Positions 52,562-63,135 of a stretch of DNA of 64,000 bases are shown here, piece by piece. The translations under genes and the position numbers were made by a program. The stretch lies in the sequence record ON528725. One strand, written 5' to 3'. Position 1 is the first letter of the stretch; every line of letters starts with the position of its first letter. The DNA comes from Shigella phage ESh15. The notes beneath the pieces are model-generated. The model was given only the letters and a program-made list of their open reading frames with translations. It was not told where the DNA came from and searched no databases.

Positions 52562-53842
52562 ATGAGTAAAATCCAAAAATTATTGCGTGAATCTACAACG
52601 TCTACTAGCAACTCAATCGGTCGCCCAAATCTCGTTGCTTTGACTCGCGCTACGACTAAATTAATATATTCTGACATTGTGGCAACACAAAGAACTAACC
52701 AACCTGTTGCTGCTTTTTATGGTATTAAATATCTTAACCCAGACAACGAATTAACATTTAAAACTGGTGCTACTTATGCAGGTGAAGCTGGATATGTAGA
52801 CCGAGAAAAAATTACTGAGCTCACAGAAGAATCAAAAGCCACACTAAATAAAGGTGATTTTTTCAAATATAATAATATCGTCTATAAAGTGTTAGAAGAT
52901 ACACCGTTTGCAGATATTCAGGAAAGTGATCTAGAATTAGCTCTTCAGATTGCGGTCGTTCATTTAAAGGTACGGTTATTTTCGGATGCAGCGGTAACAA
53001 GCAAATTTGAAAGCTCTGGTAGCGAAATTTCTGATGCAAGATTCCAGATTAATAAATGGCAAACTTCAGTCAAATCTCGTAAACTTAAAACCGGCCTCAC
53101 GGTTGAATTAGCGCAAGATTTAGAAGCGAATGGATTTGATGCCCCTAACTTCTTAGAAGATTTGCTTGCTACTGAAATGGCTGATGAAATTAATAAAGAT
53201 ATTCTTCAATCTTTAATTACTGTATCGAAACGTTATAAAGTTACTGGAATTACTGACACCGGATTTATTGACTTGAGCTATGCGTCTGCTCCGGAAGCAG
53301 GTCGTTCGTTATATCGAATGGTGTGTGAAATGGTATCACACATTCAAAAAGAGTCAACTTATACTGCAACGTTTTGTGTAGCTTCAGCTCGTGCAGCTGC
53401 TATTCTTGCTGCTTCGGGTTGGTTAAAACATAAGCCGGAAGATGATAAGTATCTTTCACAAAATGCTTATGGATTCTTGGCAAATGGATTACCTCTTTAC
53501 TGCGATACCAACAGTCCGTTAGATTATGTTATTGTGGGTGTTGTAGAAAATATCGGCGAAAAAGAGATTGTAGGGTCCATCTTTTATGCTCCATACACTG
53601 AAGGAATGGATTTAGACGACCCGGAACATGTTGGTGCATTTAAAGTTGTAGTTGATCCGGAAAGCTTACAACCGTCTATAGGTTTATTGGTTAGATATGC
53701 TTTATCAGCAAATCCTTACACAGTAGCAAAAGATGAAAAAGAAGCGAGAGTAATTGATGGCGGGGACATGGATAAAATGGCAGGACGTTCAGACTTGTCT
53801 GTTTTACTCGGTGTTAAATTGCCTAAAATTATTATAGATTAA
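52562..53842 (+). CDS. 24: capsid vertex protein gp24
   Basis: 426 aa, paralog of gp23; synteny. Confidence 0.95.
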   Translation: MSKIQKLLRESTTSTSNSIGRPNLVALTRATTKLIYSDIVATQRTNQPVAAFYGIKYLNPDNELTFKTGATYAGEAGYVDREKITELTEESKATLNKGDFFKYNNIVYKVLEDTPFADIQESDLELALQIAVVHLKVRLFSDAAVTSKFESSGSEISDARFQINKWQTSVKSRKLKTGLTVELAQDLEANGFDAPNFLEDLLATEMADEINKDILQSLITVSKRYKVTGITDTGFIDLSYASAPEAGRSLYRMVCEMVSHIQKESTYTATFCVASARAAAILAASGWLKHKPEDDKYLSQNAYGFLANGLPLYCDTNSPLDYVIVGVVENIGEKEIVGSIFYAPYTEGMDLDDPEHVGAFKVVVDPESLQPSIGLLVRYALSANPYTVAKDEKEARVIDGGDMDKMAGRSDLSVLLGVKLPKIIID

Positions 53843-53843
53843 T

Positions 53844-53871
53844 AAAAAGGGACCGTAAGGTCCCTTTTTCG
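53844..53871. terminator. bidirectional rho-independent terminator between gene 24 and rnlB
   Basis: gggacc-gtaa-ggtccc flanked by AAAAA on one side and TTTTT on the other. Confidence 0.75.
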
Positions 53872-54870
53872 TTATGATACTAATTCAATCCATGCAGGAC
53901 GCAGAACATCTTGCACCATTCGGACTAATTCTTTCTTAACAAGATTCGGATTATCAGATGATGTTAATACAATACCTTCACGAGAAGTTTCTTCCAGAAT
54001 ATCTTGAACAGTCAATCCCATCACTTTGCCAAAATCTTTCGGCGTTACAGTCCCAATCTTAGAAATAACATTATTAACACGATTTAATGTAACATAACAA
54101 GCTAGAACATCAAGCAAGTTTTTGTCAATTTCGGTTAATGGAACCTGAGTTTTAATAGGCTTATCAGACTTTTTCTTTTCACTAAATTTAGAGTTCTTGC
54201 ACTTAATAGCTACACGAGTACCGTTTGGCAGCCATTTAGGGAAACAAGGCTTCAGAACATAACCTTCCGCAGTATTATCACCAATAACATTAGCATCAAA
54301 TACGCAATTATTTGCTTCGACAAGGTCTTCCGATGCCGTAGCGTTATAAGCGGCTAAAACGGAATCAAGGTCATTTGGAATCATGATAAGAGCATCAAAT
54401 GTTCCACGGCCAAGCATTGGTGCCATTTTAAAACCGAATTCATTACAGAAATCTTGCATTTCGTAATCGGTCAAATACGTATTATCACCACTTTCTGTAT
54501 TGATAATGATATCGAACACATAAAAATCTTTTTCACCGTAGTCAACACCTTTCTGGATTCCACCACCAGCGAATTCACCGAATACTTGATATGATACGGC
54601 TCGAGCTGTGTACATGAATTCCTGAACGGCTTTAATAGCTTTATCATACTTCTTGAGTACGATTTCATAACCATAAAAATCTTCTGCTGGAAGAATAGGG
54701 CCTGTGCGCTTGGCGCATGTGACGTTGTCACGTTCAATTATTAACGAGAAGTTAGTCCCATGGATTTTCTCACGTGCTACCCAAACACCAGTAGTCAAAC
54801 CATTAGTGTAGAGTTTTTCAATAAACTTAGAGTTGTAGTGGTTTTCAAGACTGCTGTATTTCTTAAACAT
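53872..54870 (-). CDS. rnlB: RNA ligase 2
   Basis: 332 aa; ligase motif I KIHGTN; N-terminus [21 protein letters not shown] and C-terminus RPAWIELVS match T4 Rnl2 as recalled. Confidence 0.95.
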   Translation of the reverse strand: MFKKYSSLENHYNSKFIEKLYTNGLTTGVWVAREKIHGTNFSLIIERDNVTCAKRTGPILPAEDFYGYEIVLKKYDKAIKAVQEFMYTARAVSYQVFGEFAGGGIQKGVDYGEKDFYVFDIIINTESGDNTYLTDYEMQDFCNEFGFKMAPMLGRGTFDALIMIPNDLDSVLAAYNATASEDLVEANNCVFDANVIGDNTAEGYVLKPCFPKWLPNGTRVAIKCKNSKFSEKKKSDKPIKTQVPLTEIDKNLLDVLACYVTLNRVNNVISKIGTVTPKDFGKVMGLTVQDILEETSREGIVLTSSDNPNLVKKELVRMVQDVLRPAWIELVS

Positions 54871-54962
54871 AAATCACCATTATAAATAATAATATCAAAA
54901 TAATTAGCAGAGACTCTATCTCCGACCAGATGTTTAATTTGAATGGATAGAACCTAGATTCA

Positions 54963-54989
54963 TTATACCATCAAAAAATGTAAAGCATA
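54963..54989 (-). promoter_or_regulatory. MotA-dependent middle promoter for rnlB
   Basis: minus-strand ATGCTTTAC MotA box (plus 54981-54989) 13 nt upstream of TATAAT (plus 54963-54968). Confidence 0.55.
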
Positions 54990-55241
54990 TTAGAACTTGA
55001 TTTCTATCCAATGCCCATCACGTTGGTCATGATTAATTTTGTACTGAAAGCCATTATCACGAAGCCATTGACCTACTTGCTCGGTGATAGTTAAATCATT
55101 CTTTGATGGATAGTACGTGAATTGTGTCTGACCTTTGTCAGCGGCTTTCTCTGCCATCACAGAGAAGTTAGTAATAAAATCACTCAACAAATTAGCTTTA
55201 GTGGCCAGAGCCCTTTCTCTTAATTCCTGTGCAAAACTCAT
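54990..55241 (-). CDS. 24.2: hypothetical protein 24.2 (83 aa)
   Basis: ATG 55239-55241; synteny with T4 24.2. Confidence 0.55.
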   Translation of the reverse strand: MSFAQELRERALATKANLLSDFITNFSVMAEKAADKGQTQFTYYPSKNDLTITEQVGQWLRDNGFQYKINHDQRDGHWIEIKF

Positions 55242-55432
55242 TTCTTCACCTTTTTGTTAATCAAACGTTTACGGTATACAACTTTTTCTTTTGCTTTAAA
55301 CTTTGACCGAGCTGTCTCGGCTTTAGTCCATAGTAATCCAACTTCTTTAGGTTGTAAACCAATTTTTTGAGCAATTTCTACGAATGAAAATCCCGCCTCG
55401 TGTAATGTATAAACTTCAACTTCAGCTCTCAT
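55238..55432 (-). CDS. 24.3: small helix-turn-helix-like basic protein 24.3 (64 aa)
   Basis: ATG 55430-55432 (track start is TTG); FSFVEIAQKIGLQPKEV resembles an HTH. Confidence 0.5.
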   Translation of the reverse strand: MRAEVEVYTLHEAGFSFVEIAQKIGLQPKEVGLLWTKAETARSKFKAKEKVVYRKRLINKKVKK

Positions 55433-55500
55433 AATCAATCCTGTATTATTTGGTTTGTGCCATTATATACATCGATCTCAAGTTGTGTTTTGTATGCTTT

Positions 55501-55527
55501 AAAAACGAAGAAAGGGGCCGAAGCCCC
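55501..55527 (-). terminator. rho-independent terminator after hoc
   Basis: minus-strand ggggcuucggcccc hairpin followed by UUUCUUCGUUUUU. Confidence 0.65.
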
Positions 55528-55533
55528 TTACGA

Positions 55534-56664
55534 TTATGGATATGTATAGATGATACCAGTTTCCAAAGCAGTTTTATGGATGATGTATCCATTACGTGAT
55601 TCTTGAACATCAACTTCTGGATAGTCTTTCAACATCTTTTGGAGAGTGTAACGATGCAAGTAGTACTTACTATCTGGATCGTCAGTTTTCCAATCTTTAC
55701 CTTCTTCAGTCATTTTTTGGATTTCATCCATAACCCACCAACCGCACCAGATGTAAGCTGAAGTACGGTGTGGAAGAGGATGAACATAAGGCAATTCACC
55801 TTCTGGTTCCGGAGCAACTTTATCAGTCACTTGAACTTGACCTTCTGCTGTAATAGTTTTGCTATCATAATCAGCAGCAGTAACAGTTGCAGTAACTTCA
55901 ATAGTTTGACTTCCAACAGATGAAGTATCAACGGTATATACATTAGTCGACCCTTCTACAGGAGAAGAATCTTTCTTCCATGAATATGCAATTTGCGCTT
56001 CTTCTGGAGCATCAGTGACATTAGCGGTAAATGTAGCTGAAGCATCTTGCTGAACGTTAATAGAAGGAGGAGTCAATGTAACCTGTGGATTCATTGTCTT
56101 CTTATTAACCGTTAATGATACTTCATTCGAAGTAACTTCCTTTGCATCATAATCTGTCGCAGTTACTTGGGCTACACATTTAATTCTTTTTACACCACTT
56201 GTAGTTGGAGTATAGCTAAATGTAGAGTTAGTTTCTCCACCAACCTGTGAATCATCTACATACCACTGATACGTAGCAGATGCTCCAGCCGGTTGAGAAG
56301 CTAAGGCAGCAGTAAATTGAACTGGGGTTCCAATTACTCCAGCTGAAGGACTATTGGGAGTTACTGCCAACGTAGTTGTCTGAGTTTTATTTTTAACCGT
56401 GATAGTCGTAGTAATTTCTGCTGTTTCTGCGTCAGTATCAGGAATAGTATTTGTTGCAACAACTTTAATTGTTTTTGTTCCAGCAGGTCCTTTTAACACA
56501 TAATCAAAAGTTTCTGCCGATCCTACTTGAGGAGCACCGTCTACACTCCATGCATAGGTAATAGTTCCACCTCCAGTTTCACCACTTGGAGTAGCAGTAA
56601 ACTGCTTAGTCTCATCGATAACTCCAGTAGGTGTTTTAGGAGTTATATCAACTGTAAAAGCCAT
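55534..56664 (-). CDS. hoc: highly immunogenic outer capsid protein Hoc
   Basis: 376 aa as in T4; Thr/Val-rich Ig-like repeats and C-terminal capsid-binding domain; AAGGA SD. Confidence 0.85.
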   Translation of the reverse strand: MAFTVDITPKTPTGVIDETKQFTATPSGETGGGTITYAWSVDGAPQVGSAETFDYVLKGPAGTKTIKVVATNTIPDTDAETAEITTTITVKNKTQTTTLAVTPNSPSAGVIGTPVQFTAALASQPAGASATYQWYVDDSQVGGETNSTFSYTPTTSGVKRIKCVAQVTATDYDAKEVTSNEVSLTVNKKTMNPQVTLTPPSINVQQDASATFTANVTDAPEEAQIAYSWKKDSSPVEGSTNVYTVDTSSVGSQTIEVTATVTAADYDSKTITAEGQVQVTDKVAPEPEGELPYVHPLPHRTSAYIWCGWWVMDEIQKMTEEGKDWKTDDPDSKYYLHRYTLQKMLKDYPEVDVQESRNGYIIHKTALETGIIYTYP

Positions 56665-56673
56665 AAGTTATCC

Positions 56674-57342
56674 TTATTTTAATGTTACGAAAGAAGAATT
56701 ACGAGTTTCACGAATTAGAACTGATCCATCGCGATTAATATAATAAATTAAGCTAAATAATGTTTGGTGAGCAGAAGCATGCACAAAACTAGTTGGGCGA
56801 GATTTCCAATCTGGGGTTTCGGCTATCCATTGATAAATCCACCAAGGAACAGTGACATATCCTGGGCCTTTGCCTAATTTAATGAGTGTAGGACTAAAAT
56901 TTTCAGGCAGAACAAAATTTACTTCTTTATTTACTTCTGTCTCAGGCTCTTTTTCAGATTCAACAACCTGAGTAATTGCTTCTTCGAATTTATCATGGTC
57001 GAATTCTTTTTCTTGTTCGACAACTTCTAATACTTCAACTTGTTCTGTTGGAGAATCAAACAACAGAATAGCTTCTTCTTTAACTTCTTCGTTGGTGAAA
57101 TTAACACCGTCCACATCATCTGCGGCAGTAATTAAATCGGTGATAGATAATCCATCAGTTTCAGGTAATGGTTCATCAGCCAGTGCGTTAAGAGCTTCTT
57201 CGATATCAATAACAATATTATCGAATGATTTTGTTTTCTTAACACTAATGCCAAATTGTTCTGCATATTCAAACAGTTTAGCTTTGGCTTCCTTTTTATC
57301 AGAAAGAGCACGTAACTCTTCAATATAGTCTTTATCGATCAT
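56674..57342 (-). CDS. inh: Inh, inhibitor of prohead protease
   Basis: 222 aa; position between hoc and uvsW. Confidence 0.7.
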   Translation of the reverse strand: MIDKDYIEELRALSDKKEAKAKLFEYAEQFGISVKKTKSFDNIVIDIEEALNALADEPLPETDGLSITDLITAADDVDGVNFTNEEVKEEAILLFDSPTEQVEVLEVVEQEKEFDHDKFEEAITQVVESEKEPETEVNKEVNFVLPENFSPTLIKLGKGPGYVTVPWWIYQWIAETPDWKSRPTSFVHASAHQTLFSLIYYINRDGSVLIRETRNSSFVTLK

Positions 57343-57355
57343 GGTATTTCCTCAT

Positions 57356-57363
57356 TATAAATA
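57356..57363 (+). promoter_or_regulatory. late promoter TATAAATA for uvsW
   Basis: exact TATAAATA 30 nt upstream of the uvsW ATG. Confidence 0.7.
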
Positions 57364-57392
57364 TAACTATATTTATTACATGGTAATTTGAC

Positions 57393-58907
57393 ATGACTGA
57401 CATTAAAGTACATTTTTATGATTTTAGTCACGTTCGCATTGAATGCGACGAAAGTACGTTTTACGAACTTCGTGACTTTTTTAGCTTTGAAGCTGACGGG
57501 TATAAATTTAACCCAAAATATCGCTATGGGCAATGGGATGGTAGAATTCGACTTTTAGATTACAATCGTTTGTTACCATATGGACTTGTAGGACAAATAA
57601 AAAAGTTCTGTAACAATATGAGTTATTCTGTATGGATTGACCCTAAAATCTTTGAGACTGAAGACCTTACTAGGGAAGATTTTGACGCATGGCTTTCTAA
57701 ACAAGAAATTTATTCAGGCAACGCCAAAATCGAACCACATTGGTATCAAAAAGATGCAGTATATGAAGGTCTAGTTAATCGTCGTCGAATTTTAAACCTT
57801 CCGACATCAGCAGGTAAATCACTAATCCAAGCACTTTTAGCTCGGTATTATCTAGAGAACTATGAAGGTAAAATTCTCATTATCGTCCCTACAACAGCAT
57901 TGACAACCCAGATGGCTAATGATTTTGTTGATTATCGCTTGTTTAGTCATTCGATGATTAAGAAAATTGGCGGTGGTGCTGATAAAGCGGACAAATCTAA
58001 AAACGACGCTCCAATTATTGTTGGCACATGGCAAACGGTAGTTAAGCAGCCTAAAGAATGGTTCTCTCAGTTCGGTATGATGATGAACGATGAATGCCAC
58101 TTAGCAACAGGCAAAAGTATTTCTTCAATCATCTCAGGATTAAATAATTGCATGTTTAAATTCGGTTTATCTGGCTCATTAAGAGACGGAAAAGCCAATG
58201 TAATGCAGTACGTAGGCATGTTCGGCGAAATCTTCCGTCCTGTTAGCACGTCTAAATTAATGGAAGACGGACAGGTAACTGAGCTTAAGATTAATAGTAT
58301 TTTCCTTCGTTATCCAGACGAATTCGCCACCAAATTAAAAGGTAAAACATACCAAGAAGAAGTTAAAATTATTACCGGACTAAAACGACGCACAAAGTGG
58401 ATTGCTCAACTTTCAGTCAAATTGGCTAAGAAAGACGAGAACGCCTTTGTAATGTTTAAACACGTTACACACGGTAAAGAAATATTTGAAGCTATTAAAG
58501 AGCTTGGATACGAAAAAGTTTATTACGTATCAGGTGAAGTTGATACTGAAACACGTAACGCGCTTAAAGTCATGGCAGAAAATGGTAAAGGCATTATTAT
58601 CGTCGCATCATATGGAGTATTCTCTACTGGTATTTCAGTCAAGAATCTTCATCATGTTATTTTTGCCCATGGTGTTAAATCAAAAATTATCGTACTTCAA
58701 ACCGTAGGTCGCGTGCTTCGTAAGCATGGTTCTAAAGCTGTTGCTACAGTTTGGGATCTCATTGATGACGCAGGTGTAAAACCTAAATCATTAAATACTA
58801 AAAAGAAGTATACTCATCTTAATTACTTGTTAAAACACGGTATTGATCGTATCCAACGTTACGCTGATGAGAAATTTAACTATGTAATGAAAACAATTAA
58901 TTTATAA
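57393..58907 (+). CDS. uvsW: UvsW DNA/RNA helicase
   Basis: 504 aa; Walker A LPTSAGKS and DECH box (MMNDECHLA). Confidence 0.9.
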   Translation: MTDIKVHFYDFSHVRIECDESTFYELRDFFSFEADGYKFNPKYRYGQWDGRIRLLDYNRLLPYGLVGQIKKFCNNMSYSVWIDPKIFETEDLTREDFDAWLSKQEIYSGNAKIEPHWYQKDAVYEGLVNRRRILNLPTSAGKSLIQALLARYYLENYEGKILIIVPTTALTTQMANDFVDYRLFSHSMIKKIGGGADKADKSKNDAPIIVGTWQTVVKQPKEWFSQFGMMMNDECHLATGKSISSIISGLNNCMFKFGLSGSLRDGKANVMQYVGMFGEIFRPVSTSKLMEDGQVTELKINSIFLRYPDEFATKLKGKTYQEEVKIITGLKRRTKWIAQLSVKLAKKDENAFVMFKHVTHGKEIFEAIKELGYEKVYYVSGEVDTETRNALKVMAENGKGIIIVASYGVFSTGISVKNLHHVIFAHGVKSKIIVLQTVGRVLRKHGSKAVATVWDLIDDAGVKPKSLNTKKKYTHLNYLLKHGIDRIQRYADEKFNYVMKTINL

Positions 58908-58932
58908 GGGCTTCGGCCCTTAGGAGATAAAA

Positions 58933-59166
58933 ATGGTACTTGAATTTAAACAATTTTTATACGAAGCATCTATTGACGAATTCATGGGTAAAATTGCTAA
59001 TTGTCATACCTTAGAAGGGCTTGAAGAATTGGAAGCTTATTATAAGAAACGTATAAAAGAAACGGAATTAAAAGATACAGATGATATTTCTGTCAGGGAT
59101 GCCTTAGCAGGTAAGCGTGCCGAACTTGAAGGCGACGATGATGAGGATGAGGAAGAAGACTTCTAA
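58933..59166 (+). CDS. uvsW.1: UvsW.1 small acidic protein
   Basis: 77 aa with poly-acidic C-terminus; directly after uvsW. Confidence 0.7.
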   Translation: MVLEFKQFLYEASIDEFMGKIANCHTLEGLEELEAYYKKRIKETELKDTDDISVRDALAGKRAELEGDDDEDEEEDF

Positions 59167-59170
59167 TTAA

Positions 59171-59198
59171 AAAAAGGCCCGACCTTTTTGGAAGGGCC
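59171..59198 (-). terminator. rho-independent terminator after uvsY.-2
   Basis: minus-strand ggccc-13nt-gggcc hairpin followed by UUUUUUU. Confidence 0.5.
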
Positions 59199-59223
59199 AA
59201 AACCATAGGCAAAAAAGGTAACA

Positions 59224-59391
59224 CTATAGTAAAAGTTGGGTTTCGTTCAATTGCTCTTCTGAACTTTCTGAAACCGGTAATTGTTGGACATAATTATAAC
59301 AAGGACCAGGATGTGCTGGACCTTTGTCTGTTTCAACAACCAATGCAGAATCGATTGGAGTTTTACAGACAACACAAATCTTATCTGACAT
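59224..59391 (-). CDS. UvsY.-2-position Cys-rich small protein (55 aa), missed by the ORF track
   Basis: ATG 59389-59391 with GGAGG SD; CVVC...C motif; minus-strand TATAAATA 30 nt upstream. Confidence 0.5.
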   Translation of the reverse strand: MSDKICVVCKTPIDSALVVETDKGPAHPGPCYNYVQQLPVSESSEEQLNETQLLL

Positions 59392-59420
59392 GATTGCCTC
59401 CTAAGTTGAAATTACATATC

Positions 59421-59428
59421 TATTTATA
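59421..59428 (-). promoter_or_regulatory. late promoter TATAAATA (minus) for the small ORF at 59224-59391
   Basis: plus tatttata 59421-59428. Confidence 0.55.
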
Positions 59429-59648
59429 CAACTCGCATGCACATATCGATACCCATATCTTTTGTATAAAAATACTCGTCGATGTACCCGGCAAACTTCC
59501 CTTTAATATAAAGGACGTCTTCGCCACAAGGGTGGTCTGCCAGAATACGAATATCCTGACGACGTAGACGATACTTTTCCATTAAGAATTTAATTTCAGT
59601 TTCAAATTCTTCATCATTATTAAAGGCATCTTCAATTGAATAACGCAT
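59424..59648 (-). CDS. UvsY.-1-position protein (74 aa)
   Basis: ATG 59646-59648, overlapping the uvsY stop. Confidence 0.6.
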   Translation of the reverse strand: MRYSIEDAFNNDEEFETEIKFLMEKYRLRRQDIRILADHPCGEDVLYIKGKFAGYIDEYFYTKDMGIDMCMRVV

Positions 59649-60061
59649 TATTGCCCCGCTTCAAATTCTCGCATATCCTGGATATGTTTAAGTGCAAAAC
59701 TACGAGACTTGACTGCGTCAAGTGCACCACTACAGAACTCAAGTAAAATTCCCCAGTATTGTAAAGTAGTCTCTATTTTAAGCACATCTTTATCTGCAGC
59801 CAGGACAGTTTTCATTTCAGATTTCTCATATCGGTCCATACTGAATTCATCACCGTCACCTCGTCCCGAGTAGTAGTCTAATCTTGCTTTTAGAGCAGTT
59901 TTCTTCTGAGTCTCTATACGCAGCATTTCTTTACGAATAAATGAGTGCTTACGTAGCCATTTGCTATATAACTTAACATTATTCGCCGTCTCATATTGCA
60001 ACTTTGTCGTATCAATAGCTAAGTCTGCGTCTAACTCTTCCTGTAAATCTTCCAGCTTCAT
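59648..60061 (-). CDS. uvsY: UvsY recombination mediator
   Basis: 137 aa from ATG 60059-60061 (T4 UvsY length); MKLEDLQEELD N-terminus. Confidence 0.85.
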   Translation of the reverse strand: MKLEDLQEELDADLAIDTTKLQYETANNVKLYSKWLRKHSFIRKEMLRIETQKKTALKARLDYYSGRGDGDEFSMDRYEKSEMKTVLAADKDVLKIETTLQYWGILLEFCSGALDAVKSRSFALKHIQDMREFEAGQ

Positions 60062-60116
60062 AATGTTCTCTCTTTTAACTAATAATCTCCCGGCTGTATC
60101 GGAAGGACCTAAAACC

Positions 60117-60142
60117 ATTATACATAGGTTGCCTTGAAGCAT
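60117..60142 (-). promoter_or_regulatory. MotA-dependent middle promoter for uvsY
   Basis: minus-strand ATGCTTCA MotA box 12 nt upstream of TATAAT (plus attata 60117-60122). Confidence 0.55.
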
Positions 60143-60540
60143 TACACTCTATTGCTTGACGCTAACTGAAGTTTAATTTGTTCAATATCGTCAGGGTTGT
60201 CTACGACCGAAAATCTAATCTCTACTATAACCGTATAGTCATCATATACTGGCGTTACACTTACAGAAAGTTTGTCGATGCGTGGCTCATAGTTACGAAC
60301 AGCTGCCTGGATATTACGCTCAATCGTATCGGCTGTAAGTGGTGTCATGTTCTCGAAAAGTTCATCAACCAAATCGCATCCAAATTCAGGGTCGAAGGGG
60401 CGTGAGCCTTTTCTAGTTGTCACTATGCCAAGAAGACTATTTTTAATAGAACGAAGTCCTACAGAACGAGCAACGTCCTTGTTCCAATCCATACGCATTT
60501 CTGGGTCGATATCTGAATAAAGTTTATTGATATTAGACAT
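60142..60540 (-). CDS. 25: gp25 baseplate wedge
   Basis: 132 aa as in T4 gp25. Confidence 0.9.
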   Translation of the reverse strand: MSNINKLYSDIDPEMRMDWNKDVARSVGLRSIKNSLLGIVTTRKGSRPFDPEFGCDLVDELFENMTPLTADTIERNIQAAVRNYEPRIDKLSVSVTPVYDDYTVIVEIRFSVVDNPDDIEQIKLQLASSNRV

Positions 60541-61166
60541 TATAATAACTCAAAGAATTCTTTGAGGCCTCGTATTGTGTGAACGTGTGACGCCCCACAT
60601 TTGGGACATTTAATAGGGGTTGCCAGATAAATTGATGGCGATACCAAAAGATTTTTAATATTGATCATGTCATCTTCAGTTATAAGGCCGTAAAGGTCGT
60701 TTATTTCTGCTTCAGTTAAATCTTCAACAGGGATGGACTCTCCATTGACAAAAACAGCCTCAATACATGAAGCAATCATTAATGCGATATTTTTATCGTC
60801 AAATAATTTAGGTTGACGGAACTTAATTTTAATACCACTGAACGAATACCAGGGATCGGCCTGTTCATCTAATTGAGTGTGCAATAAATTCATATAGACT
60901 TGAAATGAATGCCCACAGGAACAATTCCAGGTGTGTTCTTGATTCACTTCACCTAATGAATGTGCCCACAGATTTACTAACAATAGCTCGGCTTCTTGTT
61001 TAGACAAGTTTTTAGCATTAGAGCAATTAGTGATAATATTGTTCACTGCTGATTCAATAGTACCGGTAGCACGAGCACCTATGAGCCCTAAATATTCTTT
61101 TAAAGTAAAGGCTCTACAATTCACTTCTTTATCGCCTAAACGTACGGTAAACGTATATTTGTACAT
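60540..61166 (-). CDS. 26: gp26 baseplate hub
   Basis: 208 aa as in T4 gp26. Confidence 0.85.
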   Translation of the reverse strand: MYKYTFTVRLGDKEVNCRAFTLKEYLGLIGARATGTIESAVNNIITNCSNAKNLSKQEAELLLVNLWAHSLGEVNQEHTWNCSCGHSFQVYMNLLHTQLDEQADPWYSFSGIKIKFRQPKLFDDKNIALMIASCIEAVFVNGESIPVEDLTEAEINDLYGLITEDDMINIKNLLVSPSIYLATPIKCPKCGASHVHTIRGLKEFFELL

Positions 61167-61184
61167 GTTAACTCCTTTATTGTG

Positions 61185-61192
61185 TATTTATA
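61185..61192 (-). promoter_or_regulatory. late promoter TATAAATA (minus) for genes 26-25
   Basis: plus tatttata 61185-61192 overlapping the divergent plus-strand promoter. Confidence 0.6.
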
Positions 61193-61196
61193 AATA
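61189..61196 (+). promoter_or_regulatory. late promoter TATAAATA for gene 51
   Basis: exact TATAAATA 18 nt upstream of the gene 51 ATG. Confidence 0.65.
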
Positions 61197-61213
61197 ATAG
61201 AAAAGGAGTAATT

Positions 61214-61966
61214 ATGGCTAATATAATTCGTTGTAAATTACCGGATGGTGTTCATCGTTTTAAGCCGTTCACTGTGGCGGATTATAGAGACTTTTTACTA
61301 GTTAGAAATGATATCGAACATCGTTCGCCACAAGAACAAAAAGAAATAATTGCCGATCTGATTGATGATTATTTTGGCGAGTACCCTAAAACATGGCAAC
61401 CATTTATATTCCTGCAAGTTTTTGCAGGCTCTATAGGCAAAACAAAAGTTCCCGTTATTTTCACTTGCCCTAAATGCTCTAAAGAAAAAACTGCACCATT
61501 TGAGATATATCAAAAAGAACTAGTCGAACCTGAACTTGATGTTGCTGGTATAAAAATACGTTTTTCTTTCCCTGAAAAGTTTTATGACAACAAAGCATTA
61601 ATGATAAGTGAAAACATAAAAGAAATATATTATAATGATGAATGGTATCCATGGAATGATTTGACTGAAGAGAACCAAATCCAAGTAATAGAAGCAATAG
61701 ACATTGACTCTCTCGAGAAGGTTATTGCTTCTATGAACCCTATTAATTTGACCCTTAGATTAGGTTGTTGTGAACGCCATGTTAAAACATATACTGATAT
61801 CTTAGAGGTTTTTAAATTGTTAGTTAACCCTGATGAGATTTTTACATTCTATCAGATAAACCATTCACTAGTAAAGAGTCAATACACATTGGATTCTATT
61901 ATGCAAATGATTCCTGTTGAACGTGGTATTGCTTTAACATTAGTAGAAAAGGACCATAAAAAATGA
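61214..61966 (+). CDS. 51: gp51 baseplate hub assembly catalyst
   Basis: 250 aa; divergent from gene 26 as in T4. Confidence 0.85.
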   Translation: MANIIRCKLPDGVHRFKPFTVADYRDFLLVRNDIEHRSPQEQKEIIADLIDDYFGEYPKTWQPFIFLQVFAGSIGKTKVPVIFTCPKCSKEKTAPFEIYQKELVEPELDVAGIKIRFSFPEKFYDNKALMISENIKEIYYNDEWYPWNDLTEENQIQVIEAIDIDSLEKVIASMNPINLTLRLGCCERHVKTYTDILEVFKLLVNPDEIFTFYQINHSLVKSQYTLDSIMQMIPVERGIALTLVEKDHKK

Positions 61967-63135
61967 CAGTATTCCAACGTCCAGGATATCCTAACTTAAG
62001 CGTTAAATTATACCAAGATTATTCGGCTTGGCAAGAAAATAGATATGTTGAACTCGCAGCAACAATAACAACTTTAACCATGCGAGATTCGCTATATGGA
62101 AGAAATGAAGGGATTCTTCAATTTTATGACACTAAAAACATCCACACTAAAATGGATGGTAGACAGATAGTCCAAATCTCTGTTTCAAATTCAAACACAC
62201 CTCTTCAAGTTAGAACTCGAATTTATGGATGTAGACATTATTCTGTGTCTGTGGACTCAAAAGGTGACAATATTATTGCAATTGAGCTTGGAACAATACA
62301 TTCTATAGAGAATCTTAAATTTGGACGACCATTCTTCCCAGACGCAGGAGAATCTATACGTGAAATGTTAGGTGTCATATATAAAGACCGTACGTTAATT
62401 ACTCCGCCAATAAACACTATTAATGCTTATGTTCCTGATATTCCTTGGACAAGCACATTTGATGATTATTTGGCATATGTCAGAGAATTAGGACTTGCTA
62501 CAGCGAGTGATAAGTTCGTATTCGTATGGCAAGATATTTTAGGCGTAAACATGATTGACTACGATACTCTTATTGGTCAGGAAGGCATTAAGATGATTGT
62601 AGGTGAGCCAAATACTGTAGGTCAGTATATTCAAGAGCTTGAGTATCCATTAGTATGGGATTTTACCTGGATGACTAAAGCCAACCAATTTACAAGAGAC
62701 CCTATTAAAAACGCCACGATATTCGCCCATTCATTTTTAGATACATCTATTCCGGTTATTGTTACAGGTGATGGTGATAATGCTATTCTTGTGTCAAGAT
62801 CTGGTGGATATTCCGAAATGACCTATCGTAATGGATTTGAAGAAGCAAGTCGTCTTCAGACAATGGCTCAATACGACGGATATGCTAAATGCACTACTAC
62901 AGGTAATTTTAACATAACGCCTGCTACTAAAATTATATTTGTTGACCAAAAGAACCAATTCAAATCCGAATTTTACGTGGATGAAGTTATTCATGAGTTA
63001 TCAAATAACAACTCACAAACTCATCTGTACATGTTTACCAACTCAATGGTGTTAGAACCTGTTAACCCAGTTAAGGTTAAAAATGAACTTAAATCTGATT
63101 CTACCTCTAAAGAAAATAATTCTACCACAGTCTAA
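61963..63135 (+). CDS. 27: gp27 baseplate hub
   Basis: 390 aa; synteny. Confidence 0.9.
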   Translation: MTVFQRPGYPNLSVKLYQDYSAWQENRYVELAATITTLTMRDSLYGRNEGILQFYDTKNIHTKMDGRQIVQISVSNSNTPLQVRTRIYGCRHYSVSVDSKGDNIIAIELGTIHSIENLKFGRPFFPDAGESIREMLGVIYKDRTLITPPINTINAYVPDIPWTSTFDDYLAYVRELGLATASDKFVFVWQDILGVNMIDYDTLIGQEGIKMIVGEPNTVGQYIQELEYPLVWDFTWMTKANQFTRDPIKNATIFAHSFLDTSIPVIVTGDGDNAILVSRSGGYSEMTYRNGFEEASRLQTMAQYDGYAKCTTTGNFNITPATKIIFVDQKNQFKSEFYVDEVIHELSNNNSQTHLYMFTNSMVLEPVNPVKVKNELKSDSTSKENNSTTV

